Positions 33,307 to 45,010 of a stretch of DNA of 64,000 bases are shown one piece after another. The stretch comes from an uncultured Gemmatimonadaceae bacterium (lineage in GTDB: Bacteria; Gemmatimonadota; Gemmatimonadetes; Gemmatimonadales; Gemmatimonadaceae). The notes beneath the pieces are model-generated. The model did not search any database and was not told the origin of the DNA. It was given only the letters and a program-made list of their open reading frames with translations. The translations under genes and the position numbers were made by a program. The stretch's first letter is position 1; the number at the start of each line of letters is the position of its first letter. The stretch covers positions 160,001-224,000 of the forward strand of contig CAWHHI010000005.1 in assembly GCA_963829055.1 (NCBI GenBank), written 5' to 3'.

Positions 33307-36175
33307 TCAGTTAGCGGGTCGGTACGCAGGGAGCGTCAGAATGAACGTGCTTCCGCTCCCCAGCCTGCTCTCGGCCGTGAGGTCCCCGCCCATGCCGCGG
33401 GCGAGGTCTCGGCTGATGGCCAGACCGAGCCCGACGCCTTCGTGAGGTCGCGTTAGGCGCTGATCCACCTGGACGAACGGCTCGAAGATGCTCGGCAGCT
33501 TGTCCGCGGCAACGCCGACGCCCGTGTCCGCCACCGCGATGGCGACACCGCCATCGACGCTCCGGCAGGCCACGCGGATTTCGCCGCCCGGATCGGTGAA
33601 CTTGATCGCGTTCGTCAGCACGTTCAGCAGGATCTGCTGCAGCTTCTCGCGGTCCGCGCGCACGCGCAGCGTCGGGTCGCAGCCACCGAGTACGTAGGTC
33701 AGTCCCTTGCCGCGCACCTGCGGCACGACCAGCGCTTCCGCCGCCGCCAGCGCTTCACCGATCGGGATGTCGGCCAACTCGTAGCGCACCGTTCCCGTCT
33801 CGATGCGCGTGTAGTTGAGCACCTGATTGATCAGCCCCAGCAGATGCTTCTGGCTCTGCTGGATGCGCGCGAGGTCACCCCGTTGCTGCTCGTTGATCGG
33901 GCCGCGGATACCCATCTCCAGGAGCTCCGCGTAGCCGCCGATGGCGTTGAGCGGCGTCCGCAGCTCGTGCGACATCACCGCCAGGAACTCACCCTTCGCG
34001 CGGTTCGCAGTCTCCGCGTCCGCGCGCGCCGCCTCTGCCTCAGCGCGTGCACGTTCGCTCTCGGCGAGCAGACGCTCCACCTCGTGCCGGGCGAGCACCT
34101 CTTCAGTGACGTCGGTGCCGTGGGCGATGACGCCGGCTCGGGCGTTGTCGCCTTCGACGAGCGGTAGATAGACGAAGTTCAGAAATCGCTGTTCAGGCGG
34201 AGCGCCGGGAGTACGCGCAACGAACAACGGAAGCTCACGTCCGACGAACGGTTCACCCGTCTCGAGCACGCTGCCGAGCAGGGCCTCCAGGCCTTGATTC
34301 CTCAACTCCGGCAGCGCGTCGAACGCTGGACGCCCGACGATCTCACGGTGCCCGATGAGCTGATAGTACGCTTCGTTGGCTCGCTCGAAGACGTGCGTGG
34401 GGCCACGCAGCACGGCGAGAAACGCGGGCGCCTGCTGGAACACGGAGACGAGACGGCTCCGTTCCACCTCGAGCTCGCGCAGCAACCGCTCGCGTTCCTC
34501 GTTGGCCGCGCGGGCCGGCGTGACGTCCTTGAACAGAATCGCCACCCGCCGCTCGTCAGGGGTACCGACGCGGAACGCAGACGCGTCGTACCAACGTCCG
34601 AGTGGTTCGGCACCCGCATCGAAGCGAATGGACTCTCCGGTGAGCGCGACACGCCCGTAAATCTCGAACCAGTGTTGCTCGATGCCCGGTGCGAGCTCCC
34701 GCATGGTGCGCCCCACGACGTTCGCGAGTCCCGTCTGCTGCTCGAACGCGGGGTTCGCTTCGACGAAGCGATAATCTCTTGCGACACCGTTCTCATCGAA
34801 CAGCACCTCGATCACGCAGAACCCTTCGTCGAGCGACTCGAACAGCGATTGATACCGCGCCTCGCTCGCTCGCAACGCCGTCTCGGCCCGTTGGCGTTCG
34901 GTCACCTCGCGTCCTTCCGGGACAATGAGCACGACGTTCCCATGCTCATCGCGCACCGGGTGCAGCGAGATGTCGAACACCGTCATCTCGCCGGAGCGGC
35001 GTCGTATCGGCGCTTCGTATCTCACGAACTCGCCTGTCGCCGCGCGGATGACCCCCTGGCGGACGAGCTCCGTCGCTCCGGGTGTGAACGCGAACCATGG
35101 GCCTTCCCAGAATGGGCGACCAACGACGTCCTCGCGGGCGCTCCCATCGAACTCCAGTGACGCGCGGTTCGCCTCGAGCAGCGTTCCGTCGGGCGCCATC
35201 AGGCCAATGTACTCGTACGTGCCGTCGTAGATCGCACGCAGCCGTGCTGCGCTCTCGCGCAGCGCCTGTTCGGCGCGCACGCGCTCCGAGACCTCCCGCC
35301 AGAAGAGCGCGATGCCGCCGTCTTCCGTGGGGTACGCATCGATCTCGGAGATGACGATCGTAGCCTTCTCCCACGTAGTGATGCGTGAGGTGAGCCTCGA
35401 CGCGCTCGGTCATGACGCGCCGGTACTGCCGCTCGGCCTCCGTCCCGATCGACGCCGGGAATGCTTCCCAGTGCGTCAAGCCGAGCAACTCCTCACGCGA
35501 CTTGCCGAGCGCGCGTACGGCGGCGCGATTCACCGTGAGGATGCGAAAGTCCGCATCCATCGTTAGGTGCTCATCGGCCACCTGATCGAGCACCCGAGCC
35601 GCGCGCAGTTCGGCCCGCGCGGTCTCGGCGAGCAGCCGCGTGCGCTCGCGATCGGCCAGTATGCGGTGCGTCGTCTCCTGACACACCACGAGTGTCCCGC
35701 CGATAGAGCCGTCGTCGTCGCGAACCGGACTATAGCTGTAGGTCCACCATACGTCCTCGAGCCGACCGTTGCGCTCGATGGGCAGGTACTGGTCCTCGTG
35801 CCACGTCGGCTCGCCCGTGGTCATCACCTGCTCGATCTGCGGACCGATGGCGTGCCAGATGTCGGTCCAGAATTCACGTCCACGCGCGCCGAGCGCGCGC
35901 GGGTGGCGGTCGCCCTGCCCGAGGCTCGGGCGGTACGCATCGTTGTAGATCTGCACGAGGTCGGGCCCCCACCACAGGAACATGGGGTTCCGCGACGCGA
36001 GCAGAATGTCGACCGTGGTCCGAAGGCTGGATGACCAGCCCTCCACCGGACCCACCGGAGTCGAGCCCCAGTCGACACCGCGACATCGCTCGCGCATCTC
36101 GCCAGGGCCGACGAACAGCGCGTTAGGCTCCGCGCGCTTGCCATGCGTTCTCGTGCCGGGCGTACCCGTTGCCAT
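33307..36175 (-). CDS. Multi-PAS sensor histidine kinase (frameshift near 35345)
   Basis: DWGSTPVGPVEGW..PMFLWWG..YNDAY, several PAS repeats, SHELRTPLNAIGGY, HATPase. Confidence 0.88.
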
Positions 36176-36336
36176 TCCTGACCCTCGACTCATCAGACCC
36201 GGCTGACCGACACGGTGGGCAGCCACCGAGAATATGCGGCCCGCCCGGGGGTTCTGCACGTGCACCCGAGGGCGGGCCGCATATTCCGACCATCAATTAC
36301 GGCGCCTCCTACTATGGCGCGTTTTGCGACGCTCGA

Positions 36337-36958
36337 TCAGACGGTCGTGTCGAGATCACTCTCGGTAGTCTGCTGTCGCGAGCGGCCCGACGTCTTGCTG
36401 CCGCGGGACGATACATCCGCACCGCGCTGCGTTCTTGGCGTGACGTCGCGATCCATCCTCGCATCGCCCGTCAACGCTTCGATGTTGATCACGCGCTCGG
36501 CCAGCTCGGTGAGGAGGTGGTCCGTCTCGCCTTCCTCGTCGAGCGTCTGCTGCAGAACTCTCGCGTCATCTTCGAGGCCGAGCAGCCGGGCGTACGTGCG
36601 AGCGCAGCCGTAGCCGGCCATCTCGTAGTGCTCCACGCGCTGGGCGGCCGAGATCAGTGCGGCATCGAGCACGTCCGAATCCGCGCGCTCCTTCATGAGC
36701 TCTTCGCCCTCTTCCAACAGGCCTTTCATACCCTTGCACGTGTGGCCGCCGAGGTCCTGTCCGGACTGCTCACCAATCTGCTCGAGCCGACGCAGCTGTT
36801 CCTCGGTCTGACGCAGAATGCGTCTCGAACGCCCGACGAAGCTCCGGGTGGTTCGTCTTCTTGATCATCTTGGGAAGTGCTTCAATGATCTGCTCCTCGG
36901 CGCTGTGGAGGTCGCGGAGCTGCTCGAGATAGAGGTCCTGCAGCGATTCGAGAGCCAT
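36337..36958 (-). CDS. yciF: YciE/YciF (DUF892) ferritin-like stress protein (frameshifted)
   Basis: LRDLHSAEEQ..ALPKM, CKGMKGLLEEG, DAALISAAQRVEHYEMAGYG, TLDEEGETD..LT. Confidence 0.85.
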
Positions 36959-37389
36959 GTATGCCATCCTCGATAACGGTGAATAATTGGGCTAGCCATG
37001 CGTGTGTTTGCAGGTCTCGGGCCTACGGTACCGAGCTGTGTCGAGCGCTGCGCTTGCGGTCGTCATGCTCGAATGGCAGTGCTCGTTGCGAGCCCGGCTG
37101 TGTGATTCCCGAGCGGTGGCGCGGCTGGCTGTGAAGCGGTGCGCTTCACTGGGAGCGCTCATCCCATCGATCGGTACAAGGCTGATCATCGTTAGGCGGT
37201 GACTCGCGGGCGGACTGCCATCAGCAATACGGGGCACTCGGGGCGTTATGCCTTACGAGAGCCTTGCATCCGACGCCTCCCCGAGCGCACTGACCTGGGG
37301 TAGCGTCACACCCTGGCCTCGTTACGCGACACGCCTCGGCTCGGGAGCCCCTCCGGGCTGTCGCGTGCTCATTTCCTCCCGTCCGGTTC

Positions 37390-39550
37390 ATGCGTTCTTC
37401 CTTGCTTGCCTGCCTGCTGCTGCCCTCGGTCCTGACGTCGAACGCGGTCGCCCAGCGTGCGACCGCGCGCGATTCCGCGCAACGCGACTCTGCTCAATCG
37501 CTGCCGGGGGTAACGATCGCGGCCACGCGGTCGCCCGCCTCCATCCTGACCACGCCGCTCGCGGTCACGAGGCTTTCGGCGCCCGAGTTGCGGTCCCTGG
37601 GCGGGTTCGGACTGGATGAGGCGCTCTCGCGGGTTCCGGGCGTCATCGCCCAGTCGCGGTATGGCACGAGCGACATCCGGCTGATGATCCGCGGCTTCGG
37701 CGCGCGCGGGGCCGGCGACCGGTCGAACTCCGGCACCTCGCGAGGCGTTCGCGTGCTGCTCGACGGGTTTCCCGAAACCGAGCCGGATGGACGGACCGCG
37801 CTCGACCAGCTCGATCTCGCGACGGCGAATGGAATAGAGGTGATCCGCTCCAACGCGTCCGCGCTCTGGGGCAATGCGGCGGGCGGCATCGTCAACGTCG
37901 TCACAATGCCCACGACGACCGTACCACTGTACGAAGTGCAGCCCATCTTCGGAGACTTCGGGCTCGCGCGTTATGCGGTACGCACATCGATGCCCATCGG
38001 CGGGGACGGCGTGCTGTGGGCGAACTTCACGAACACGTCGTTCGACGGCTGGCGCGAGCACTCGGACGCGCGCCGAGCGCTCGTGAACGGTGGCGCGGTT
38101 GGACGAGCTGGGGAGAAGACGCGGCTCGGCCTGTTCTTCACGGCCGCGAATAATCTCATGCACGTGCCCGGCCCGCTCACGCAGGCGCAGGTGGACGCGG
38201 ACCCCAATCAGGCGAATGCGACGTATCTGCAGCGCGATGAGCGGCGCTACAATCGCGTCGGGCGGCTCGGGGTCACTGTCGATCACGACGTGAGCGGGTC
38301 GTTCGCGCTGTCGTCGATGCTCTACGTGAACCCCAAGTATCTGCAGCGCTCCGAGCGCAACACGTTTCGCGACTTCACGCGCTACCACTTCGGCGGCAGT
38401 GTCATGGCGCGGAAGAGCCTGACCACCGCCAGCACGCACTCCCTCATCACGCTCGGCGTGGATGACGCCTACCAGGACGGCGCGATCCTGTTCTACACCC
38501 TGTCACCGACGCAGGACCGCGGCACGACGCTCACGGACAACAAGGGCGAGGGGGCGAACAACTTCGGCGTGTTTCTCCAGGACGAGGTCAGCGTCGGCGA
38601 ACGCCTAACGCTGTCGCTGGGCGCGCGCTACGACGCCGTCGCGTACAACTACCGGAGCTTTCTCCCCAACCCGCCCGTGTCCTCCGACCACCGCAACTTC
38701 TCGCGCGTGTCGCCGAAGCTCGGCGTCAGCTGGTTGATGAATGCGACGCACAGCGTGTACGCGAACGTGGGCGGCGGGATCGAGGTACCCGCGGGCAACG
38801 AGACGGATCCCACGCCCGGCGCACCGCCGGCGCTGCTCAATCCGCTGCTCGACCCGATCCGCTCGACGACGTACGAGGTGGGCTTGAAGTCCGTGCCCGC
38901 GTCCGCGAGCGTCCGCCCGTTCGTCCTGGGGTACGACGTCGCGCTGTACGACATCGAGGTGACGAACGAGATCGTGCCGTACAACGGTGGCCGCTACTAC
39001 CTGACCGCTGGCAAGGCACGACGTCAGGGGGCCGAGGTGGGCCTCAATGCGTCGGTCGTCGTTAGGCCTGTTCGGGACGGCGGCGCTCACGTTCTCGAAC
39101 AACACGTACACGGACTACGTCGTGGATTCCGCGGTGATCTTCCCGACGGATCCGACGAAGGTCGGGAAGAAAGCCGACTACAGCGACAACGACGTGGTGG
39201 GTGTGCCGAGCGCGCTCGTGAACATCGAGATCGGCACCGAGGTGCCGGGGTTTCGCGCGCTCCTGCTCAAGGCTGGGGTCGAGCACTCGGGGAAGTACTT
39301 CGCGGATGACGCGAACAAGGTCGGCGTTCCGTCGTTCACGATCCTGAACCTGACGGCGGAGCTTCGCGACCCGATCCTGACGGTGGGCGACGTGGGCCTG
39401 CGTGGCTTCGTGACGGTGAAAAACGCGACGAACAAACGCTACATCGGCTCGGCGTTCCTGAACCCGGACCTGGTGGGCGGTGCACCGGCGGCGTTCGAGC
39501 CGGGCATGCCACGGGCGGTCATCGTTTCGTTATCGTTAGGCAGACGGTAA
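37390..39550 (+). CDS. TonB-dependent receptor (frameshift near 39060)
   Basis: Signal peptide; plug IRGFG..RGVRVLLDGFP, IEVIRS..SALWGNAAGGIVN; SPKLG; C-terminal PGMPR. Confidence 0.87.
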
Positions 39551-39586
39551 GGACTGGGGACTGGGGACTGGGGACTGGGGACTGGG
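39551..39586 (+). repeat. Heptamer tandem repeat (GGACTGG)x5
   Basis: Seen directly after the receptor stop codon. Confidence 0.9.
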
Positions 39587-39718
39587 TAGTTCAAGGCGCC
39601 CAGCGAGCAGCGCGTAGGTCGCTGGGCGCTAATAGCAGCAGCGGGCAGCGTGCGGCCGCAGCATGCAGCCGTCGGCAGAGGTTCCCAGCGTGCAGCTGCA
39701 CGCAGCTAGGCGATTGCG

Positions 39719-40243
39719 CTACGCGTCCGGTTCCTCGAAGAACAGGATAGGCTCGACGTCCCCCAGCGATGAGGCAGCGAGCCACGCCTCGAGACCGTCC
39801 GCGATGCGCCGCCGCTCCGTCTCACCGAGCGCGGCGAATCCGGCGACCAGCTTCTCCTGCACCGTCTCCGGCGAGCGCCTGAGAACAGCGTCTCCCGCTG
39901 GTGTCAACGACAGCTCGGTGCGACGACGGTCTGTGTCGGACGTGCGCCGCGATACCAGTTCGCGTTTGACGAGTCGGCTCACGACTTCCGACACGGAGCT
40001 CTGCGTCGTCCGCGTCCGCCGGGCGAGATCGATCAGCGACTGGCCGGGCTCCAGCGCCAACTGGCGCAGCACGAAATGCTGCGCGGCGCTCAGGCCGAAC
40101 GAACGCTCCAATGCACGGGTGGCGACACGCAGGGAGTGCACGATGCGGCGAAGGCTATCCATCGCCCTCGCCGCATAAGGATCGCCGTCGACCGCAGCGC
40201 GCGCCGCTGGCTTGGCCGTGCGCCGCGCTGACTTGGCTTGCAT
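39719..40243 (-). CDS. MarR family regulator
   Basis: GLSAAQHFVL, LARRT.TTQSSVSEVVSRL, DRRRTELSLTPAG. Confidence 0.87.
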   Translation of the reverse strand: MQAKSARRTAKPAARAAVDGDPYAARAMDSLRRIVHSLRVATRALERSFGLSAAQHFVLRQLALEPGQSLIDLARRTRTTQSSVSEVVSRLVKRELVSRRTSDTDRRRTELSLTPAGDAVLRRSPETVQEKLVAGFAALGETERRRIADGLEAWLAASSLGDVEPILFFEEPDA

Positions 40244-40244
40244 G

Positions 40245-40700
40245 CTAGAATCGCTCCCCTTGCGCCTCGCGCGCTTGACTGCCCAACGGCCGGATGCGGG
40301 ACCACATTGTATAGAAGAACACCGCCAGTCCTGCAACCTGCAGCAATCCGGTCGATGCCGTGACAGCGCGCAGCCACAGCGCGGCTGTTCCGGACCGCGC
40401 GATCTCGCTCACCACTCGCAGCCCGGTGCCACCGGCGACAAGCCAGTAGGCCACCTCCGCGGCGCGCGGAGAATAGCGCGCGTCGTCCTTCGCTGGCCTC
40501 GGGAACAACCAGAGGGCGACGCCGAGGATCATCATCATGACGAACCCCACGAGGATCGCGTGCGTGTGGGCGCTCGTCATGTACGGCGACGGGAACCGCT
40601 GATACAACTCGCGCTCCACCATCATCCACAGCCCGAGCGCGAGGCCTAACGCGAGAAAGGCGATGCCGGTCTTGAGGTAGCGGCGTACGAGCGAATGCAT
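40245..40700 (-). CDS. Small His-x-His membrane protein (cytochrome oxidase subunit I-like fragment)
   Basis: About 4 TM; AHTHAILVGFVMMMILGVALWLFPR. Confidence 0.7.
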   Translation of the reverse strand: MHSLVRRYLKTGIAFLALGLALGLWMMVERELYQRFPSPYMTSAHTHAILVGFVMMMILGVALWLFPRPAKDDARYSPRAAEVAYWLVAGGTGLRVVSEIARSGTAALWLRAVTASTGLLQVAGLAVFFYTMWSRIRPLGSQAREAQGERF

Positions 40701-40703
40701 GGC

Positions 40704-41183
40704 TCAGCCGGCCGGCATGCGGCGCAGCGGGACCGGGGCCGATCGCGTGGCGACCACGGGTGCCGCGCCGCGCTGCGGTGGCCGGCCGTCGATCGTCCGC
40801 CAGAGATTGTAGATGAACACGTACGCGGCCGCGGCAGCCAGGAGTCCGCCGACGGCGACGACGATGCGCGCTGGCATCCCGAACGACGTGTTCGGCAGCA
40901 ACGCGAGCCCGCCGACCATCAACGTCAACCCGCCGTTCGCGAGCCACCACTGCGCCACGGCGAACCGGCGACTGTGCAACGGGTGCCCGGTGAACCGCGG
41001 AATGACGTGCAGCGCGACGCCGAAGATCATCATCGTCACGAAGCCGAGGAGGTTCATGTGCAGGTGCGCAGCGCGGTACACCGTCAACGGCGGGTACACG
41101 GCCATCGCGACGCCGAGCGTGACGCCCGCACCGAGCCACGCGAGGCTCGACTTGAGAAAGGCCTTCACTGCCCAGTCCATCAC
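40704..41183 (-). CDS. Small His-x-His membrane protein, paralog of the downstream gene
   Basis: About 4 TM; AHLHMNLLGFVTMMIFGVALHVIPRF. Confidence 0.7.
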   Translation of the reverse strand: MMDWAVKAFLKSSLAWLGAGVTLGVAMAVYPPLTVYRAAHLHMNLLGFVTMMIFGVALHVIPRFTGHPLHSRRFAVAQWWLANGGLTLMVGGLALLPNTSFGMPARIVVAVGGLLAAAAAYVFIYNLWRTIDGRPPQRGAAPVVATRSAPVPLRRMPAG

Positions 41184-41554
41184 TCCCCCACTCGCGCCGA
41201 GGTGAGCGAAACCGGCGCCGCGCTTCGGGTACCCGGGCGAGGCGTGATCGTCGCCAGCAGCACGAACTCCGCATCGACGGCGCTCATGCCGTGCAGCTCG
41301 TTAGGCTCGTAGGCGATGACCTCGCCGGCCCTCACCTGCCGTTGTTCCTGCTCGCCACTTACGATGCCGCGGCCGTCCAGCACCGTCAGGATCACGGTCG
41401 AGCCGTTTCGATGCGGCGCCACCGTTTGACCCGGTCCGATCCGGAAAACGACGAGGCGTGCATCAGGGGTATCGTGAACGATGGCGGTGGCCGGACGCGT
41501 ACTGTTCGCGGCGGTCGCGGTGGCGGCAGCGCGCCGTGCGTCGAGCGTCTTCAT
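41180..41554 (-). CDS. Cupin domain protein
   Basis: RLVVFRIGPGQTVAPH..VLDGRG..AGEVI..PNELHGM. Confidence 0.8.
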   Translation of the reverse strand: MKTLDARRAAATATAANSTRPATAIVHDTPDARLVVFRIGPGQTVAPHRNGSTVILTVLDGRGIVSGEQEQRQVRAGEVIAYEPNELHGMSAVDAEFVLLATITPRPGTRSAAPVSLTSARVGE

Positions 41555-41787
41555 TGGGTGTCTCCGATTCGGATAACTGTGACGCGGGTGATCATCGCGT
41601 CGAGCGCTACGAGCAATGCATCGACGTCGGCACCGTCGCGCCGCGCCGCGTCTTCGACCGAAGCGTGACCGCCGCAGCAGGCATCGATGCCGAAGGCATT
41701 GAACGTGGCCACGCACGCCGGATGGTGAACGAGGATCTCGTTCACCGTCTCGGTCCGGTCGACCTGGAAATGTCGGGAGTGTGTCAT
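41551..41787 (-). CDS. DUF542/ScdA-N (RIC N-terminal) stand-alone domain
   Basis: TVNEIL..P...F..FGIDACCGG..S motif. Confidence 0.8.
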   Translation of the reverse strand: MTHSRHFQVDRTETVNEILVHHPACVATFNAFGIDACCGGHASVEDAARRDGADVDALLVALDAMITRVTVIRIGDTQ

Positions 41788-41790
41788 CGG

Positions 41791-42807
41791 TCAGTGCGAC
41801 ATCGTGGTGAACTGCTTCGGCGTCCCGACCTGAATGATCCCGACCGCACCCTTCTCGGCGTCGGCGAAGCTGTGGGTCACGAATGGGTAGAGCCCTTCGC
41901 CGCTCGCGTCCTTGTCGAACACCGTCTCGAACACCGCGCCGCCGCCGGCCGGAACCATGTACGTCTGCACACCCTCGAGCACGTGCGCTGGGTTGGCGTC
42001 GGGGTAGACGCGATCGAACACGGCGCCGACGATGTGGAAGTCACTGTTGAACGACGGTCCGGCGTTCACGACGAACATTCGCACGCGGTCGCCGACCTCG
42101 ACCTTCAGCGGCGTTTCCTTGTACTGGCCCGCGCGGCCGTTGAACACGACGTAGCTCGCCGTCTTCGCCATCGCCGCCTGCCAGTCGGGCGTCACCGCGC
42201 CAGTCGTCGAGTCGCGCTTCGTGTAGTACTCGCTCTGGACGAGCACGAACTCCTTGTCGGCCTTCGTACCCCAGCCGTCGCTCGGATCGACGATGATGGC
42301 GAAGTACATCCCCTGCATGATGTGCATCGTCACCGGCGGCGTGCCGCAGTGCACCATGTAGGCGCCCGGATCCCTGGCTACGAACTCGAACGAGATCGTG
42401 TCACCTGGGTTGAGCATCCGGTACGCGACGTTCGCCGGAATACGCGCCGCGTGAAAGTCGATCGAGTGCGGCATCGGCGCCTTGTTCACCACCTTGATGC
42501 GAACGCGATCACCCTCGCGCACACGGATCACCGGACCCGGCACGGTGCCGCCGAACGTCCATCCTTCGTACTTCACGCCCTTCGCGATCTCGACCGTGTC
42601 GTGCGTGATGGGGATGATGAACTCTTTTATGGCTGGGTCCGACGCCGGTGCGATCCGCGCGTCATAGACCGGGCGCGTGGCGGTGATCGTCTTGCCGAAG
42701 TCGACACGCTCGACGGTGGGACCGGAGCGCATCGCGGTGGCCTCGAAGCTGACCGCGCCGACAACTGAGAGAGCTATGATCGAAGGAACGAGCTTGGCCG
42801 AACGCAT
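41791..42807 (-). CDS. nirK: Copper-containing nitrite reductase (two-domain multicopper protein)
   Basis: Signal peptide; WTFGGTVPGP, PHSIDFHAA, HCGTPP..HIMQGM, NAGP..SDFHIVG, YPFVTHSF..A.KGA.G. Confidence 0.85.
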   Translation of the reverse strand: MRSAKLVPSIIALSVVGAVSFEATAMRSGPTVERVDFGKTITATRPVYDARIAPASDPAIKEFIIPITHDTVEIAKGVKYEGWTFGGTVPGPVIRVREGDRVRIKVVNKAPMPHSIDFHAARIPANVAYRMLNPGDTISFEFVARDPGAYMVHCGTPPVTMHIMQGMYFAIIVDPSDGWGTKADKEFVLVQSEYYTKRDSTTGAVTPDWQAAMAKTASYVVFNGRAGQYKETPLKVEVGDRVRMFVVNAGPSFNSDFHIVGAVFDRVYPDANPAHVLEGVQTYMVPAGGGAVFETVFDKDASGEGLYPFVTHSFADAEKGAVGIIQVGTPKQFTTMSH

Positions 42808-42955
42808 GGACTACCTCCGAAGAGTGGTGGTGCTGAACTCAGGGAGGAAATTGCTTCGGACCCGATGTACTTACGGTCGGAGAAAGGCTGAATCGCTGTG
42901 AGGGGAAGCCCGGTCGGCACCCGCGCGTGTCGGGGAATCGCCTGACAGAGACATT

Positions 42956-43103
42956 GTCATTCCGAGCGGAGCCGCGAAGCGGCGCGGGTGCCCTCTGGGC
43001 GCACGAGGAATCGCGACCATACGGGTAGAGGGCTCTCTACCGGGACGCCAAGGATTCCTCGACTCGCTTCGCTCGCTCGGAATGACAACCCGCTCGGAAT
43101 GAC
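42956..43103. repeat. REP-like element type I
   Basis: Same outer, middle and inner stems as 4217-4371; doubled right end. Confidence 0.85.
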
Positions 43104-43104
43104 G

Positions 43105-45010
43105 CTATGCTATCCCCGCGCGCGCTTTCGCCGCCGCGATGATCGCCGCCATCACGTCGCGATGCTGCGCGAACGTGTCGTCGACCACCTGCAGCGTCGG
43201 GATCGCGTTCGGCGACAGCCCGAGCGTCTCGGCGTTGAACCGCCCGAACCCCGACTCGTGCACGCCGCTCGAGCCTCGGCCCGGCGCCGGTGCGCTCAGA
43301 TGCTGGAAGAAGCGCGAGTACTTCCGCCACCGCGCGCCGCCGCCGGCGTGGTACATCGGGATGAACCCGTGCAGCGCGTCGTACGGCATCTCGCCCACGC
43401 ACGCGACCTTCGGGTACTTCGCGCGCAGGTCCATCACCAGGCGCCGCGTGCCCTCGTGCATGTCGCCCGTCGTGCTGTTCACGTGCCCGCCGACGATGTC
43501 GAGGAAGTACGCGTCCACGCCGTAGCGCTCGATCGCGTCGGCAATGCGCCCCGTCGAGATGATTCCGCCACGCGTCGGCGCCGAGGTTCATGTACGTGAG
43601 CCAGCCGTCCTGGTGGCGGTCGTTGTTCCAGTCCACCCAGTTCAGGTCGTAGCGGTCGCCGTCGATCTTCTGCGTCACGCCGCGACGCGATCCTGGGCCA
43701 CACGGGCTGCTTCCGGTTCGCGGAGTTCGCGCCGAACATCGGCATCATCCTGAAGCCGAGCTTCCTGCCCTCGCTGATCAGGCGCTTGAACCCGGCCTCG
43801 CCACCCATGCGGGCGGGCGCGACGTAGTTCGGGTAATCCCAGTAGTACCGGCCATCCCAGGCCGAGATGAACGCGAGCACGCGCTCGGGCGGGATCTGCG
43901 TCGCCATCCAGCGCAGGATCTCCAGCATGCGCGCGTAGTCGTTGAACATGAAGCCCGTGTAGTGCATGCCGTGGAGCGTCGTTACCAGCGCGATCTGTCG
44001 CTGCCATGGCTGGCACATCCGTCCGCGTCTCCCACGGCTGCAACCCGAACGCGCGTTCCACATGCGCCATGTGCGGCGCCACTGCGTCGTCGAGCGACGG
44101 CGCTCGCCCGACACGCCATCGCGGCACCGTTAGGCGCGTGTCGTTGCGCCACGCGTCGTGCTCGTACACCGCCTCCACGCGGTACGCGCGCTCGCCCGGC
44201 TGGAAGTAGAAGCGCTTCGGCCGGACGCGGTCGTCGAGCGACGACAGGTAGAAGAAGTCCTGCTCGCCCGCCTGCACCGCCGCGAGCGCGGTCGTGATGC
44301 CGACGGACGCGCCGGGCCCGTGCAGGTCGCCGGCGCCGAACGTGTAGCCGCCGAGCGTTTCGTTGTCGTGCGCGTCGAACGGGGCGCCGCCGCCGAGTGA
44401 GATCTTGCCGCGCGGGACGTCGCGGATGATGGTGGTGACCGTCTTCACCGGACGCTCCATCTCCACCACGGTGTCCCACTCGATGGTCGAGCCGTTGCGC
44501 CGGAACGTCGCGACGAGCGAGCCGGGCGCCTTCTCCTGCCCGCCGGCCCAGACGAAGCCAGTACACGTCAGGCGCAGCGTGTCGCCGTGCATCGTCGGCG
44601 GTGATGCGCGCGGCGTCGAGCCCGTAGGTGTTCTCGTCGGTGAAGACGAGAAAGCCGAACCGTAGTCCACCGAACGCGACGGACGGCTCGGGGAAATCGA
44701 AGCTGAACTTCATGAACGCGTCGCCGCGCGGCGGCACGAACACGTCGCTCGTGGACGTCAGCTGCAGCACCTCGGCCGGCTTTGCCGGTGGCGTCATGAC
44801 GTTAGGCGGTATCAGCGGAGCCAGCGCCTGCGCGGTGTCTACCGCGCCTGACGCGACGCTGGCCGCCCCCGTGATCCCGATGACCTTGAGCCAGTCACGT
44901 CGCGAGAGCCCGCCGTCGCTCTCCTGGACGGGAGATCCAGCGGAACCGCCTCTGGTCTCGTTACCGGTTTCCGCTGCCCCGTCCCCCGTTCCTGGCTTTC
45001 TATCGTCCAT
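43105..45010 (-). CDS. Tat-exported protein, probable glycoside hydrolase-like TIM barrel (frameshifted)
   Basis: SRRDWLK twin-arginine signal; WDGRYYWDYP, GFKRLI..GR.LG..MMPMF, YGVDAYFLD; function inferred, start uncertain. Confidence 0.55.

Noticed and set aside
37248..37389. GAPP-containing ORF upstream of the TonB receptor as a second arrest leader
   Set aside because: No Arg before APP, no signal peptide or CxxC, and the frame runs on into the receptor gene.
42895..42950. GGGGAAGCCCGGT as a cobalamin riboswitch fragment
   Set aside because: Other conserved elements are missing and no gene lies downstream on that strand.
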